DNA of 64,000 bases, taken from Chiloscyllium plagiosum (Eukaryota). The translations under genes and the position numbers were made by a program. The notes under the pieces were generated by a model, which was not told the DNA's origin, did not search any database, and saw only the letters and a list, made by a program, of their open reading frames with translations. Where the stretch lies: NCBI RefSeq assembly GCF_004010195.1, contig NC_057719.1:38701733-38765732 (forward strand). Direction: 5' to 3'. Shown piece by piece: positions 47,656 through 60,714 of this stretch (its first letter is position 1; every line of letters begins with the position of its first letter).

Positions 47656-50600
47656 TGTATTGTGTGATTGATTAAAAGTTTACTATTAGTTGGTTAGTTG
47701 AATAAGAACATAGAGAAGTACTAGAAATTATTTAACTCATAGATGTGTATAAGTTAATTAAATAAGTAGAGCTGGCTGGACAGGTGATGTGCTGGAGCTG
47801 TATGATGTGGGAGCTGGCTGATCCCATTGTGAACGGCAGTGACCACATCTGCAGCAAGTGTTGGTTGCTGGTAGAACTCCAGATTAGAATTGATGATCTG
47901 GAATCTGAGCTTCAAACTCTGGGCGATCTGGGAGAGGGAGAGTTACCTGGATGCTTTGTCTCAGGAGGCAGTCACACCCAGTAGGTTAAGTAATTCAAAT
48001 TCAGTCAGTGATCAGGAACAACAGGGTGTGACTGTAAGTGAGGCAGGTAGGGGGATTCTGAGTTCAGGAGTGGAGGAACCTCAGCCCTTGGCCTTGTCCC
48101 ACAGGTATGAGATTTTTGCTCCCTGTGTGGATGAGGGAAAGGGCTGTGGGCAGGATGAGTCAGCTGACCACGGGGCACCATGGTGCAGATGGCCATTCAA
48201 GAGGAGGGGAGCAAAAGGGCAAATAGTAGTTGCAGGTGATTCTATAATTTGGGGGACTTTAGTATCTTGTGAGCTGGATCGGGAGTCCCGCATGGTGTGT
48301 TGCCTGCCCGGTGCCAGGGTGCAGGACATCTCCGACCAGCTTGAAGGGATATTGGAGTGGGAGGGAGAGGATCCAGTTGCTGTGGTCCATTTGGCACAGA
48401 CAACATAGGCAAGGTTAGTAAGGAAGACCTGTTTGGGGATTATCAAGCACCAGGAAGGAAATTGAAGAAAATATCATCGAGGTTATAATCTCCGGATTAC
48501 TGCCCAAGCCACATGCTAATTAGCACAGGGAGAAGAAAATTAGGGAAGTAAGCACGTGGATAAGAGATTGGTGTGGGAAAGAGGGATTCCACTTCATGGG
48601 ACATTGACATCAGTTTTGGAACCAGGGTGATCTGTACCAATGAGGCGGTCTCCATCTGAACCAATCTGGAACCAGTGTTCTGGTGAAAAGGATAAATAGG
48701 GTGGCCAGGAGGACTTTAAACTTGTGAATCGCGTGAAAAGGAAAGGGAAAGTAACAAGGAGTATGGAGTCAAGAAGAAAGATGAGCAGCAGGTTAGCATG
48801 TGTGCAGGGTTTAAGTCCGAGGCAGACTAGGAATGAAGCAAAAAGGAAGGACAACTGAGGACACATTATTAGAGATGTTGGAAATCATGAGGATAAGAAA
48901 ATTAGCATTAAGGCACTTTACCTGAATGCTTGTAGTACTTGTAACAAAATAGATGAATTAACGGCATCGTGAATGAATATGATGTGGTAGGTATCACAGA
49001 GACATGGTTGCATGGGTTTCAGGGCAGGCAGGTTAACATCCAAAGATTTACATCAAAAAGACAGAGAGGTGGGCAGAGAGGGCGGTGTTGTCTTGTTAGT
49101 TAAGAATGAAATTAAATCTATCACACTGAGTGACATAGGGTCAGATGATGTGGAGTCTGTGTGGGTGGAGTTGAGGAACCACAAAGGCAATAAAACCATA
49201 ACGGGAGTTATGTACAGACCTCCCAGCAGTGGTCAGGACCAGGGGTGCAAAATGTACCAGGAAATAGATAAGGCATGCCAGAAAGGCAAGGTCATGGTGA
49301 TCATGGGGGACTTCAATATGCAAATTGACTGGGTGATTAATGTTGCCGGTGAATTCAAAGAAAAGGAATTCATTGAATGTATACAGGATGGCTTTTTGGA
49401 ACAGCTTGTGATGGAGCCCACAAGGGAGCAGGCTATTCTGGACATAGTGGTGCTGGAAAAGCACAGCTGGTCAGGCAGCAACCAAGGAGCAGGAAAATCG
49501 ACGTTTCGGGCAAAAGCCCTTCTTCAGGAATAGAGGCAGGGAGCCTCCAGGGTGGAGACATAACTCCCTGCCTCTATTCCTGATGAAGGGCTTTTACCCG
49601 AAATGCCAATTTCCCTGCTCTTTGGATGCTGCCTGACCTGCTGTACTTTTCCAGCACCACTCTGATTTAAACTCTGGATTCCAGCATTTGCAGTCCTCAC
49701 TTTTGCCTATTCTGGACTTAGTGCTAAGTAATGAGCCAGATTTTATAAAAGATCTTAAAGTAAGGTAACTCTTAGGAGGCAGTGATCATACTATGGTAGA
49801 GTTCAGTCTGCAGTTTGAAAGAGAGAAGGTAAAATCGAATGCAATAGTGTTACAGTTAAATAAAGGTAATTACAGGGGCATGAGAGAGGAACTGGCGAAA
49901 ATAGACTGGAAGCAAAGCCTAGTGGGGAAGACAATAGAGCAAGGTTCTGGGTGTAATTGAGGACACAGTACAGAGGTTCATCCCAAAGAAAAGAAAGATT
50001 ATCTGGGGGAGGTGTGGGGGGAGGGGTGTATGGGTTGGGGTCAGGGAGTAGACAGCCATGGCTGACAAAGGAAGTCAGGAAATGTATCAAAGAAAAAGAG
50101 AGAGCCTATAAAGTGGCCAAGAGCACTGGGAAATCAGAAGATTGGGAAGACTACAAAAACAAACAGAGGATAACAAAGAGAGAAAATAAGGAAGGAGAGG
50201 ATCAAATATGAAGGTAATCTCGGCAGTAATATTAGAAACAAATGAGAGGTAAAAGTAGAAATTGGGCTGCTCCAAAGAAAGCTAGTGTTGGGAGATAAGG
50301 AAACAGATGAAGTACTTAATTAGTACTTTGTGTCAGTCTTCACAGTGGAAGAAATGAGTAATATCCCAACAATTAAGGAGAGTCGGGGCAGAGTTGAGTA
50401 TGGTAGCCATTACAAAAGAGAAAGTGCTAGAAAAGCTGAAAGGTCTAAGAATTGATAGATATCCTGGAGTTCTGGGCTACATCTTAGAGTTCTGAGGAGG
50501 TGGCTGAGGAAATAGCGGAGGCATTGGTTGTGATCATTCAAAAGTCACTGGAGTCAGGGAAAGTCCCAGATGATTGGAAAATTGCTGTTGTAACCCCCTT

Positions 50601-52000
50601 GTTCAAGAAAGAATCAAGACAAAAGATGGAAAATTATAGGCCGCTCAGTCTAACCTCAGTTGTTGGTAAAATTCTAGAATCCATCATTAAGGATGAGATT
50701 TCTAAATACTTGGAAGTGCAAGGTCAGATTAGAACAAGTCAGCATGGATTTAGTAAGGGGAGGTCGTGTCTGAAAAACCTGTTAGAATTTTTTGAAGAGG
50801 TAACAAGTAGGTTAGGCCAGGGAAACCCAGTGGATGTTATCTGTCTAGACATCCAAAGGGTCTTTGATAAGGTGCCTCATGGGAGGCTGCTGAGTAAGGT
50901 GAGGGCTCATGGCGTTCGAGGTGAGCTACTGGCATGGATTGAGGATTGGCTGTCTGACAGAAGGCAGAGAGTTGGGATAAAAGGTTTTTTTTGGAATGGC
51001 AGCTGACGACAAGTGGTGTCCCGCACGGTTCAGTGTTGGGGCCGCAGTTGTTCATTTTATATATTAATGATGAAGGGATTGGGGGCATTCTGGCAAAGTT
51101 CGCCAATGATATGAAGTTAGGCGGACAGGCAGGTAGTACTGAGGAGGTGGGGAGGCTGCAGAAATATTTAGACGGTTTAGGAGAGTGGTCCAGGCAATTC
51201 AATGTGAAATTTAATGTGTGCAAATGCGAGTCTTGCACTTTAGAAAAAAGAATACAGGCATGGACTATTTTCTAAGCAGTGAGAAAATTCATAAAGCCAA
51301 AGTACAAAGGAGCGCTAGGCCAGGATTCTCTAAAGGTTGGCTTGCAGGTTGAGTCCATGATTAAGAAAGCAAATGTAATGTTGTCATTTATCTCAAGAGG
51401 GTTGGAATATGAAAGCAGCAATGTGCTCCTGAGAATTTACAAAGCTTTAGTTAGGCCCCATTTAGAATACCATTTTGAATTTTCTGCCCTACACCTCAGG
51501 AAGGACAGACTGGCATGTCCAGTGGAGATTGACACGGTTGAGCGCTGGAATGGTAGGCCTAATATACAATGAACAGCTGAGGATCCTGGGATTGTATTCA
51601 TTAGAGTTTAGAAGGTTGAGGGGAGATCTAATAGAAACTTACAAGATAATGCATGGCTTAGAAAGGGTGGATCCTGGGAATTTGTGTCCGTTAGGCAGGG
51701 AGACTAGGACCAATGGGCACAACCTTAAAATTAAAGGGGTCAATTTAAAATGGAAATGAGGAGAGATTTCTTCAGCTAGAGAGTGGTGCACCTGTGGAAT
51801 TCACTGCCATGGAACACAGTGGAGGCCTGGATGTTAAATGTCTTCAAGGCAGAGATTGATAAATTCTTGATCTTGCAAGGAATTAAGGGCTACGGAGAGA
51901 GTGCGGGTAAGTGGAGTTGAAATGACGATCAGCCATGATTGGAGTGCACTCGATGGGTAGAATGGCTTTACTTCCACTCCTCTGTCTTATGGTCTTATGG
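47656..52000 (+). mobile_element. Near full-length CR1-type LINE (second subfamily), inactivated
   Basis: ORF1: CWSCMMW..HICSKC zinc finger, VVAGDSII, VCCLPGARVQDI. ORF2: GITETW, GVMYRPP, IMGDFN, NYRPLSLTSVVGKILES, QHGF, LRGDLIETYKI. (tcttatgg)n tail. Confidence 0.95.
49450..49706. mobile_element. Fold-back PLE family A insertion in the CR1 APE coding region, 17-bp TSD
   Basis: ctattctggac(a/t)tagtg at 49433-49449 and 49707-49723; removing the insert restores EQAILDLVLSNEPD. Intact hammerhead on the minus strand at 49497-49531. Confidence 0.92.
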
Positions 52001-52039
52001 ATGTTTCTTCTTCCTGCCGGAGAATCTCGAATTGACATC

Positions 52040-52285
52040 ACCAGTTGAAAATGAAGGTGAAGCAAAAACATTCTCTCAGAGGGTTGATAGTCTTTGGAAC
52101 TCTCTACCTAAAAAGGCAGTGGAAGCAGAATCTTTGAGAACGTTTTAATGCAAAGGAGTGAAAGATTGTCAGTGATATGCTGGAACATGGATTTGTGGTT
52201 ACAATCAGATCAACTATGATCTTATTAAATGGCAAAGCTGGCCTGAGGGACTGAATGGCCTCCTCCAACTACTTGTTTGTAGTTG
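52040..52285 (+). mobile_element. Old CR1-type 3' end
   Basis: FSQRVDSLWNSLPKKAVEAESL. Confidence 0.7.
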
Positions 52286-52714
52286 TATGTTTGTATAATG
52301 AGGCGGGATGAAACTTCGAACAAGTGAGGAAATTTAAAGAAGTTCAACTATTACTAGTCCCACATTTCCTATAAATCAACTTATTGTAAAACATTGGAGT
52401 CTCAAAGACAGTTAACTAGATTATCAATCCTCAATGATTATGACAACTATTAATTTTAATCCAGAACTCAACATTTATGTTTAGAAGAAAAGGTGTTGTA
52501 CCTTAACATTTGTTAACAGCTCAAAAATAATTCTGTCAAAGCTTCTCACTGCTTTTTCTGGATGAGGTATTCAGACCTGAGAGCTTGTTATCTTTTATTT
52601 TGTGCTGAAATGTTTAAAAACAAAGTTAACTCTGACTTGTTGAATAGAGATGGAATGCAAGCAATCAATGACTTTCACTTTGGCAACCCAGCGCAACTTT
52701 TTCTAAATCTTATG

Positions 52715-53899
52715 TTAGGCCAAGGAGAGCCAATGGATATTACCTATCTGGACTTCCAGAAGGCCTTTGATAAGGTGCTGCACAGGAAGCCAGATGCTAG
52801 CATGAATAGAAGATTGGCTGTCTGGCAGAAGGCAGAGAGTAGGGATTAAAGGATCCTTCTCATGATGGAAGCCAGTGACTAGTGATGATCTACAAGGGTC
52901 GGTATTAGGACCACAACTTTTCACATTATACATTAATGATCTGAATGAATGGACTGAGGGCATTCTGGCTAAGATTGCAGATGACAGAAAGATAGATGGA
53001 GGGGCAGGTAGTATTGAGAAGGCAGGGAGGCTGCAGAAACATGTGGGCAGGTAAGGAGAGTGGACAAAGAGGTAGCAGATGAAATACAATGTGGGAATGA
53101 GTGAGTTCATGCACTTTGGTAGGAGGAATAGCGACATGGATTATTTTCTAAATGGGGAGAAAATTCAGACTTGGAAAGGGACTTGGGAGTCTTAGTCCTG
53201 GATTATCTTAAGGTAAACTTACAGGTTGGGTTGGTAGTTAGGAATGCAAATACAATGTTGTCATTCATCTTGAGATGATTAGAATTTAAAAGCAGGGATG
53301 TAGTTCTGAGGTTTTATAAGGATCTGGTTAGACCACATTTAGAGAATTGTGTGCAATTTTAGGCCCAATACCTCGGGAAGGATGTATTGGCCCTGGAGCG
53401 GGTCCAGAGGAGGTTTACGAGAGTGATCCCAGGAATGAAAGGCTTAACATATGAGGAACGTTTGAGGATTCCAAGACTATACTCAATGGAGTTCAGAAGG
53501 ATGAGGGGGAGTTCTGATTGTAACTTATAGAATACTGAATGGCCTGGACAAAGTGGACTTTGTGAAGGTGTTTCCATTGACAGGAGAGATGAGGATCCGA
53601 GGGCATAGCCGTAGAGTAAAGGGAAAACCTTTCAGAACAGAGATAAGGAGAAACGTTTTTAGCAAATAGAGTGGTGAACCTGTGGAATTCATTGCCACAG
53701 AAGGTTGTGGAGGCCACGTCAATGAGCATATTTAGAACAGAGATAGATAAGCTCTTGATTGCCAAGGGGATCAAAGGCTTCAGGGAGAAAATGGGAAAAT
53801 ATGATTGAAAAATCTATCAGCCATGATTGAATGGTAGAGCAGACTCGATGGGCTGAATGGCCTAATTTCTGCTCCGATGTCTTATGATCTTATGGTCTT
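52715..53899 (+). mobile_element. 5'-truncated CR1-type LINE
   Basis: DITYLDFQKAFDKV, collinear with 50812-52000; cttatg(a/g)t tail. Confidence 0.9.
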
Positions 53900-55299
53900 T
53901 CTATTTGCTCAACAGCTAGCTTTGTGTTTGTGATTCTTATGGCTATGTTTGACTATACCGTTCTTAATTCAAGAAACTCCTCCTTGCAAATGTTCCTTTT
54001 AACATGTTAATGATCAAAAGATCTAAATTTCAACCTGACAAAATAATATTGTGCCTCTTTTCTCTTAGGCACGGTTCTAGCAAATTATATTTTTTGCTGA
54101 GTGGTTAATATTATATTGAATATCACTCATAAAAAGGTGGCATGTAAACTGTGAGATTGGTGGGTGCCTGCAAAGCCTAATGATAGCAACTGAAAATGGA
54201 TTAATAATTTTATATTTCTTTGCCATCATAAATTAGATCGCAGCATAACTTCCAATTAACAAGTTTTGCCTTGGCACAGAAAGACATGTTCGGTGGAATT
54301 TTAATCAGGGCGTACAGTTTTTAACATTGGAACAGGAAATGGCTGCCACTTTTGCTCTCGCTAGTTTTCATGTCATTTCAACTAAAATGTGAAGTTCCAG
54401 TGGCATGGACGTGTGATAACACAGGCAGGGAAGCTTCTCTGTAATGAAACCCACTGTAATCTGCCAATGCAGCAAATAGGCAAATAGGCAGGCTCTTCAT
54501 CACATCCATATTTTTCCTGCCCGTCTCCATTTTCATTTACATAAGTCTTATTGAGATAGCATGGCTGTTTTTCAAAATTACATTTCACTTGTAAATATTT
54601 TACATTATGTTGGTTTCACTTTATTCATGTACGCACCATCATTTTTATTTGTAGATATTTTTAAAAATTCATTCACAGGTTGTGGACATTGCTGGTTGCG
54701 GGATCATTTCTTGTCCATTTCCAAATGTCCTTTATGAAGGTAGTGGTCATCTGTCTTCTTGAAACACTGAAGTCCACATGATTGTAGCAAAACACAGAGT
54801 TGTTTGGGAGGGACTTCCAAGATTTTGACTCAGCAACAATAATGGAACAGTGGTGTAGTTCCAAATCAGGGAGATGCATGGCTTGGAAGGGAACACAGGA
54901 ATATTTCCATGAGTCTGATGCTTTTGTCTTTGTGGATGGAAGAGGTTGCAGGATTGGGAAAATGCTGCTGAGGAAACCTTGGTGAGTTGCTACAGTGTAT
55001 GATGAAGATGGTAAACACTGCTGCTGTGCATTGGTGGTGAAGAGAGTGAATGTTTGAGGTAGTGGCTGGGTTGCCAATGCTTTGTATCAGCTAGTGCAAG
55101 GTGGTTTCACATAAACATAGACTATACAACACCTCAAGCCTGCTCCATCATTCAATAGGATCATATGTTGAAGCTGACTAGCTGATTAGTCTGAGATCTA
55201 AATGTAATGTCAAGCCTCATGGCTGGCATGCATCAATGATTACAGGGGAAATAGGGACCTTCCTTTATTGTGGGAAAACACACACTTCTTTGTTTTACA

Positions 55300-55460
55300 A
55301 AAATAGAAATTGCTGGAGAAACGCAGCAGGTCTGGCAGCATCTGTGGAGTAAAAGCAGAGTTTCTAGTCCAGTAACACTTCTTCAGTTCTGCTTTCAGAT
55401 GCTCCCAGACCTTCTGAATTTCTCCAGCAATTTCTGTTTTATTTCGAATTTCCAACATCC
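55300..55460. mobile_element. Old fold-back PLE-like remnant (similar decayed copies at ~4362-4448, ~5205-5290, ~12255-12375, 57623-57668)
   Basis: Inverted arms agaaattgctggagaaa..ggtctggcagcatctg / cagatgctcccagacc..tttctccagcaatttct. Confidence 0.6.
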
Positions 55461-56126
55461 ATGCTTCTTTGGCTTTTTTGTTTGAGGTTTTTATGCATAG
55501 TCTTTATAGAATGTTCATGATAGTGTCCAGTGTTGTACTCACCTCTTTGTGTAATATGTCTGAACTCATTTGGTTCTCCATTTTATGCACTTTTTAAATT
55601 CATTCTTGGGATGTGCCTGTCACTTTCTCTGGGCTGTTACTTATTGCCCAGCCCTAGTTACCCTTGATAAATTGGTGGTGAGCTATATTTTTGAACTGCT
55701 GCAGTCCATTTGGTGCAGGTAGACCAAAAAAGTGCCATTGGGAATAGAATTCCAGGATTTTGACCCAGTGACAGTAAAGGAATGAAAATATATTTCGAAG
55801 GATATTATCCCAGATCATTTTCAGTCAGGATCATTTAAATATTGTAGGTTTCTTTTATTGATTCATGGGATGCAGGCATCACTGATTAGATCAGCATTTA
55901 TTGCCCATTCTGGACAATTAAGGCAACCACTTTGCTGTGAGCCTGGTGTCACATGTAGACCAGAGTAGGTAAGGACAGCAGTTTCTGTACCTAAAGGAGT
56001 TTAGTGAACCAGATGGGTATTTCCAACAATCGACATTGGTTTCATGATCATCATTAGATTCTTAATTCTGGAATCTTTATTGCATGCTAATTCCAAATAC
56101 ACTGAGGTGGACCCACATGTGTGTTT

Positions 56127-56468
56127 ATAGAATCATAGAATCCCTACAGAGTGGAAACAGGCCATTTGGTCCAACATGTCCACAACAACTCTCTGAAGAG
56201 TAACCCACCCAGACCCATTCCCCTACATTTATCCCTGACTAATGCACGTAACCTATAAACCTTAAACGTTATAGGCAAATTAGCATAGCCAATTCACCTG
56301 ACTTGCACATCTTTGAACTGTGGGTGGAAACCGGGCCATCTGAAGGAAACCCATGAAGCCACAGGGAGAATGTACAAACTCCACACAGACAGTTGCCTGA
56401 GGCTGGAGTGGAACCCGAGTCCCTGGCGCTGTGAGACCGCAGTGGTAATCACTGAGCCACCATGCCGC
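56127..56468 (-). mobile_element. Full-length tRNA-derived V-SINE (HE1-like)
   Basis: Minus strand: A box tggctcagtga (56449-59), B box ggttccactcc (56405-15), V-domain-like tgtgtggagtttgtacattctcc..gggtttcc, and a tail (ggcctgtttccac..ttctatgattctat) resembling the CR1 3' ends. Confidence 0.85.
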
Positions 56469-58509
56469 TCACTGTGTTGTACCAATACTGCCATCTAGGC
56501 CCCTTATCATCCCATATCACTCACAATACCAGGACATTAGCACTTTATTTCTCCATGTCTCAATCCCCACTTCACACCCACACCTCACCACTGACTCCCC
56601 CTTGTCAACTCTGAGCCCCCATTCAAGCTGCTGTCCTCCTGCTGTTCTCCCCGTGCCAGTGAGTTGAACAATCAAACCACCAACCTACATACAATTGCAT
56701 AAAGCTAATGTCTGCACATAATCTTGAAATCAATGTGAACCAGTGCCAGGTGATTCTTGCGTGTGTCTGTCTGATTTTATCTGAAAGGTAGAACGTAATA
56801 GAAAAAATGTTATACATGATAAATATTCAGGGTGCGAAAATATGTTACAAGTAGGAATCTGTTTCAGGCATTAACCTCAACATGTCATAAGCACACCATT
56901 GACATAATCTTTGTATCTCAAGCCAGTATTGGGAAATCAAAATTTCAGCTCCATTCAAATTCACACACCATATTTCCTGCTCTTGCAGACTTCATAAAAT
57001 CCCCACCTCAGTAATTGTGCCAATGCAAATATTGATCTTTGTGTTAGTGTTATACTTCTCCTTTTGGTTTTCGCCAATGTGTGATTTTCATAACTGAATT
57101 ATTAATGAGGATATGTGTCAAATCAAACGCTTTTGCATTCTTTACTATTGAGCAATGCTAGGACCAGGTAACGGTAGTTAGCTGATGTTGTAAAGAAAGC
57201 TATATAAAGTTTAGAATTGGATTGATACAAACAGTGATGGGCAAGAAAAGACTCTACTCCATGCAAAATCTCTTGCAAATCCACTGGTTACTGAATAAGA
57301 ATGGTTTCTATGCATATTTGGTATTTCTTGTGTAGCATTAGACTTCATTTGGCTGTGTTACATTAGTAACTAACCTATTGCAAATGAGTACAAATTTATC
57401 TATGAAAACAGAAAAGAGGTCATAAGAATCATCAATGTTCTGACTCATGTCAAAGACTCAGGTGCCAATGTAGTGTTCTGAAAATAAGGAAGTTTTGGTC
57501 ATAGGAGGAAAGGAAAGTAACCCTCAGACAGAAGTGGGCAAGGGGACAACAATCATCTGACATCACATACAGCTGTCCCAAGGCCATTGGCCATGAGGGG
57601 TTAGACAAGTAATTGACATATCGGATGCTGCCTGAACTGCTGTGCTCTTCCAGCACCATTGATCCAGAATATCATTGATGCCTAGCCCCAAAATAAGGTA
57701 TATTAACAGAGACAAGAGGGGAAGAAGATCCAGGGAGACGAGTCACACCATCTCCTTGGGGAAGCCCAGATATTCCACTACACCAGCTGTTGGTCCTGAG
57801 ACTATCAAGGCAAACAGAGATCACAAAAAACAGGGAATGAGACCACTGGGACAAGAGAGTATGCTGCTTCTACTCATCCAATCTGCAGAACAGCTCTGCG
57901 ATTGGTAAAGTGTTCTCATCTGTCATAGGTCAAATATTTTCTTTCTTTGCCTAATTAACTGATGTATCATATCTAAACTCCTACTTCTCAATAAACTATC
58001 AAAATTTCCAATAAATTGTATACAGCCTATATTAGGTAATTGTGGTCACAAGCCCCCTAAAAATCAACAAGATGTCCTCAAAACATCCCTTAAAAAATGC
58101 ATTGTCTCCACTGGCTCATGGGAATCATTTGCTCAAACTGGAGAAGAAGTATCTGTGAAGGTGCCAATTATCTTGAGCATCTCCTGCAGGTGGAAACCAA
58201 GCATGAACAGCAGAAAGAACCTGTTAAAGCCCAAGCATCCTGCCCACTTGCCTCTTCAAACATCACTGGCCCCAATGTGGCAGGGTGTGCAGATCCAGCA
58301 TTGGACTGTTTAGTTACCTTAGGACTCATACTCTAGTGTCCTTAGTCTCAAGGGGCTGCCTAAAACAAGAAGTACATACAGTAGTAGGCCATGCAGACTG
58401 GAGGGGTAGAGTTAGATGCAGTCAGTAAGACTTGGTGTGCTACAGCTAGCATCTGTATGTGTGTGCTAGGATTAAAATATCAAACATTTCTAGTCTGTAT
58501 TATGTGTCA

Positions 58510-58715
58510 AGTTGGCTCAGTTGGTAGCACTAATGGCTAGAAAATTGTAGATTCAAGACCTGCCCATGACTTGAGCATATAGTTTTGGCTGATAGTGCTG
58601 ACAAGGTTCGATACTTCAGATGAGACATTAAGCTGAGGCCATGTCTTCCTGTTTAGATAGATGTAAAATATCCAATTATGCCATTTGGAAAATGACAGAG
58701 CTTTCTGGCCAGTGT
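58510..58715 (+). mobile_element. Old tRNA-headed Deu-domain SINE remnant (SacSINE1-like)
   Basis: tggctcagttggtagc head, gattcaagacc B-box-like, cagatgagacattaagctgaggcc...gatgtaaaatatcc resembling the Deu core as recalled. Confidence 0.55.
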
Positions 58716-58870
58716 GTCTCTTTTTTTCCTGTAATGATTCCTTTTGGGGATTTATTCCTGTGTTAATGTAGTGTGAAGGTTCCATCAGATTTGGAGAGAT
58801 TTAGCCATGCTGGCAACACTTGTGAAGCCTTATCACGAGTTTCTGAAATGATAATACTTGTATTCACATA

Positions 58871-59073
58871 GTTAAAAATCACACAACACCAGGTTATAGT
58901 CGAACAGGTTTATTTGGAAGCACTAGCTTTCGGAGCGCTGCTCCTTCATCAGGTGGTTCATCAGGCAGCACTCCAAAAGCTAGTGCTTCCAAATAAACCT
59001 GTTAGACCAAAACCTGCTATTGTGTGATTTTTAACTTTGTACACCCCAGTCCAACACTGACACCTCCAAATCA
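58871..59073. mobile_element. Fold-back PLE family C insertion with imperfect 12-bp TSD
   Basis: Inverted arms ~58870-58941 and ~58966-59036; tgtattcacata (58859-70) vs tgtaataacata (59074-85). Confidence 0.8.
58921..58955 (-). ncRNA. Minimal type-I hammerhead ribozyme motif (family C)
   Basis: Reverse complement: cac-CTGATGA-a-GGAGC agc GCTCC-GAAA-G-CTA-gtg. Stem I cac/gtg, 5-bp stem II, AGCT palindromic stem III, CUA triplet. Confidence 0.75.
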
Positions 59074-60714
59074 TGTAATAACATATAAACTATAACCCAA
59101 GAAGCATCTCAAACTGCTTCACCCAATGTACTTTGCTTTGATTCACTTGCTTTTCCTATAGAAGCAAACTTGCCTATCTTCCTGTAGTAGTAATTGTCCA
59201 CAAATAAGAATGAGGTCAATAGTTAGTTCATCCTATATTTATTCTCTCAAAGGATGTGGCTTCATTGGCTCTGCTAGCATTTATTATCCACTCCCAAGTG
59301 CCCTATGAAAGGAACTATAATGTATTTCCAAGTCAAAATAGCATGTGCCTTGGAGAGGATCTTGCTGGTGGTGGTTCCCATGCAGCTATTGCCCTTTATA
59401 GATGATAGGTTCACATGTTTGAAAGGTGCTATCAAAGGAGCCTTGGTGAAAATACATACTGTAGCCACAGTGTGTTGGTAGTGGAGGGAGCGAATGTTCA
59501 GGGTGATAGATGGGGTCCTAACAAACAGGCTGCTTTCCCCCAAGATGGTTTCAGGATTCTTGAGTTGATACTGTATTGGTTGCAGGGAAATACTTTCATA
59601 AGGCAAATGAGTGAATGTTGAGCTTGCATTATCTCCATTCAATCACACTGTCTTTGGGTGAATAAATAGTTAGTCTTGAACAAGACCCTGATGGAGACAG
59701 ATATCATTGTAATTATGCTTAACTATGTAACGTCGATTGTGCCTCTTGATATCATATAAACTATACCTTGTGTAGGATAAGTGCCCCTTTTTGTCAAGAA
59801 TGTCTAGTGGACCATTTTCTACTACTGAAATAAACTGACCCTTACACTCAGCACAGAAAGAAGGATTGATATTAAAAGAGTTAACAGAGTAAAAAGAAAG
59901 ATTGGTGACAACAAATTATCCCAAACCCAAGCCATCAGTGATTGGTAGCCGGGCCCAACATGACTGTTTAGGAAGACATTACACACTTTCAAAGGTGTCC
60001 GCGGACCGTAAATATGTATCTGCACATGCAACAAGCTCTCAGTTTAATATCTTGTCCAAAGGCCAGCATGTCAAATAATGCAACATTTCCCTGGTACTGG
60101 GCTGAAATATCATCCTAGATTCTGTGCTTAAATTTAAACCTCCAATCTACTAATACATCAATGAAAGTACTTCCAACAGAACAGGGTTACACAATAGATT
60201 GGGAGGGATGTGTTCTTCCTTACATGAAGTTAATATCTAATTTTCATATTTCTGATAAATGATTTGGCACAACAAGAAGGATAATAGATGGGTTACTAAC
60301 AAGGTTGCTAACTTACTTGATACAAGCAAACATTAACAACTGCAACAATGCAAAATGGTAGGCTTTAGGACAAACCGTTGAATGAAAAGGCTCTCCCGAC
60401 ATGTTGTTCCTTTCCTACTGAAACAGAAATAATGTATCTTCAACTGCATTTATAGGACTACTGTCAATTTGTAGAAAATTTAAGTCCAGAAAGTGAACAT
60501 GCAACCTACACACATATGCCTACTTAAAAGAAGCTTATGTAAAATTCTGTGCAATTTAGTTTTCTTGAACATGGCAATCAATTTATTTTTTATTTTCTTA
60601 AAAGATACAAGAAAGAAAAATAGTTGCATTAAACCTTCCACACTTCATGACTTCCCAAAGTACTTCACAGTGAACAAAATACTTTTGAAGACTTTACAAG
60701 CAACAATTTGATTT

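Noticed and set aside
56400..56468. tRNA gene (also 58510-58565)
   Set aside because: A and B boxes are present, but there is no convincing cloverleaf and SINE body sequence follows directly.
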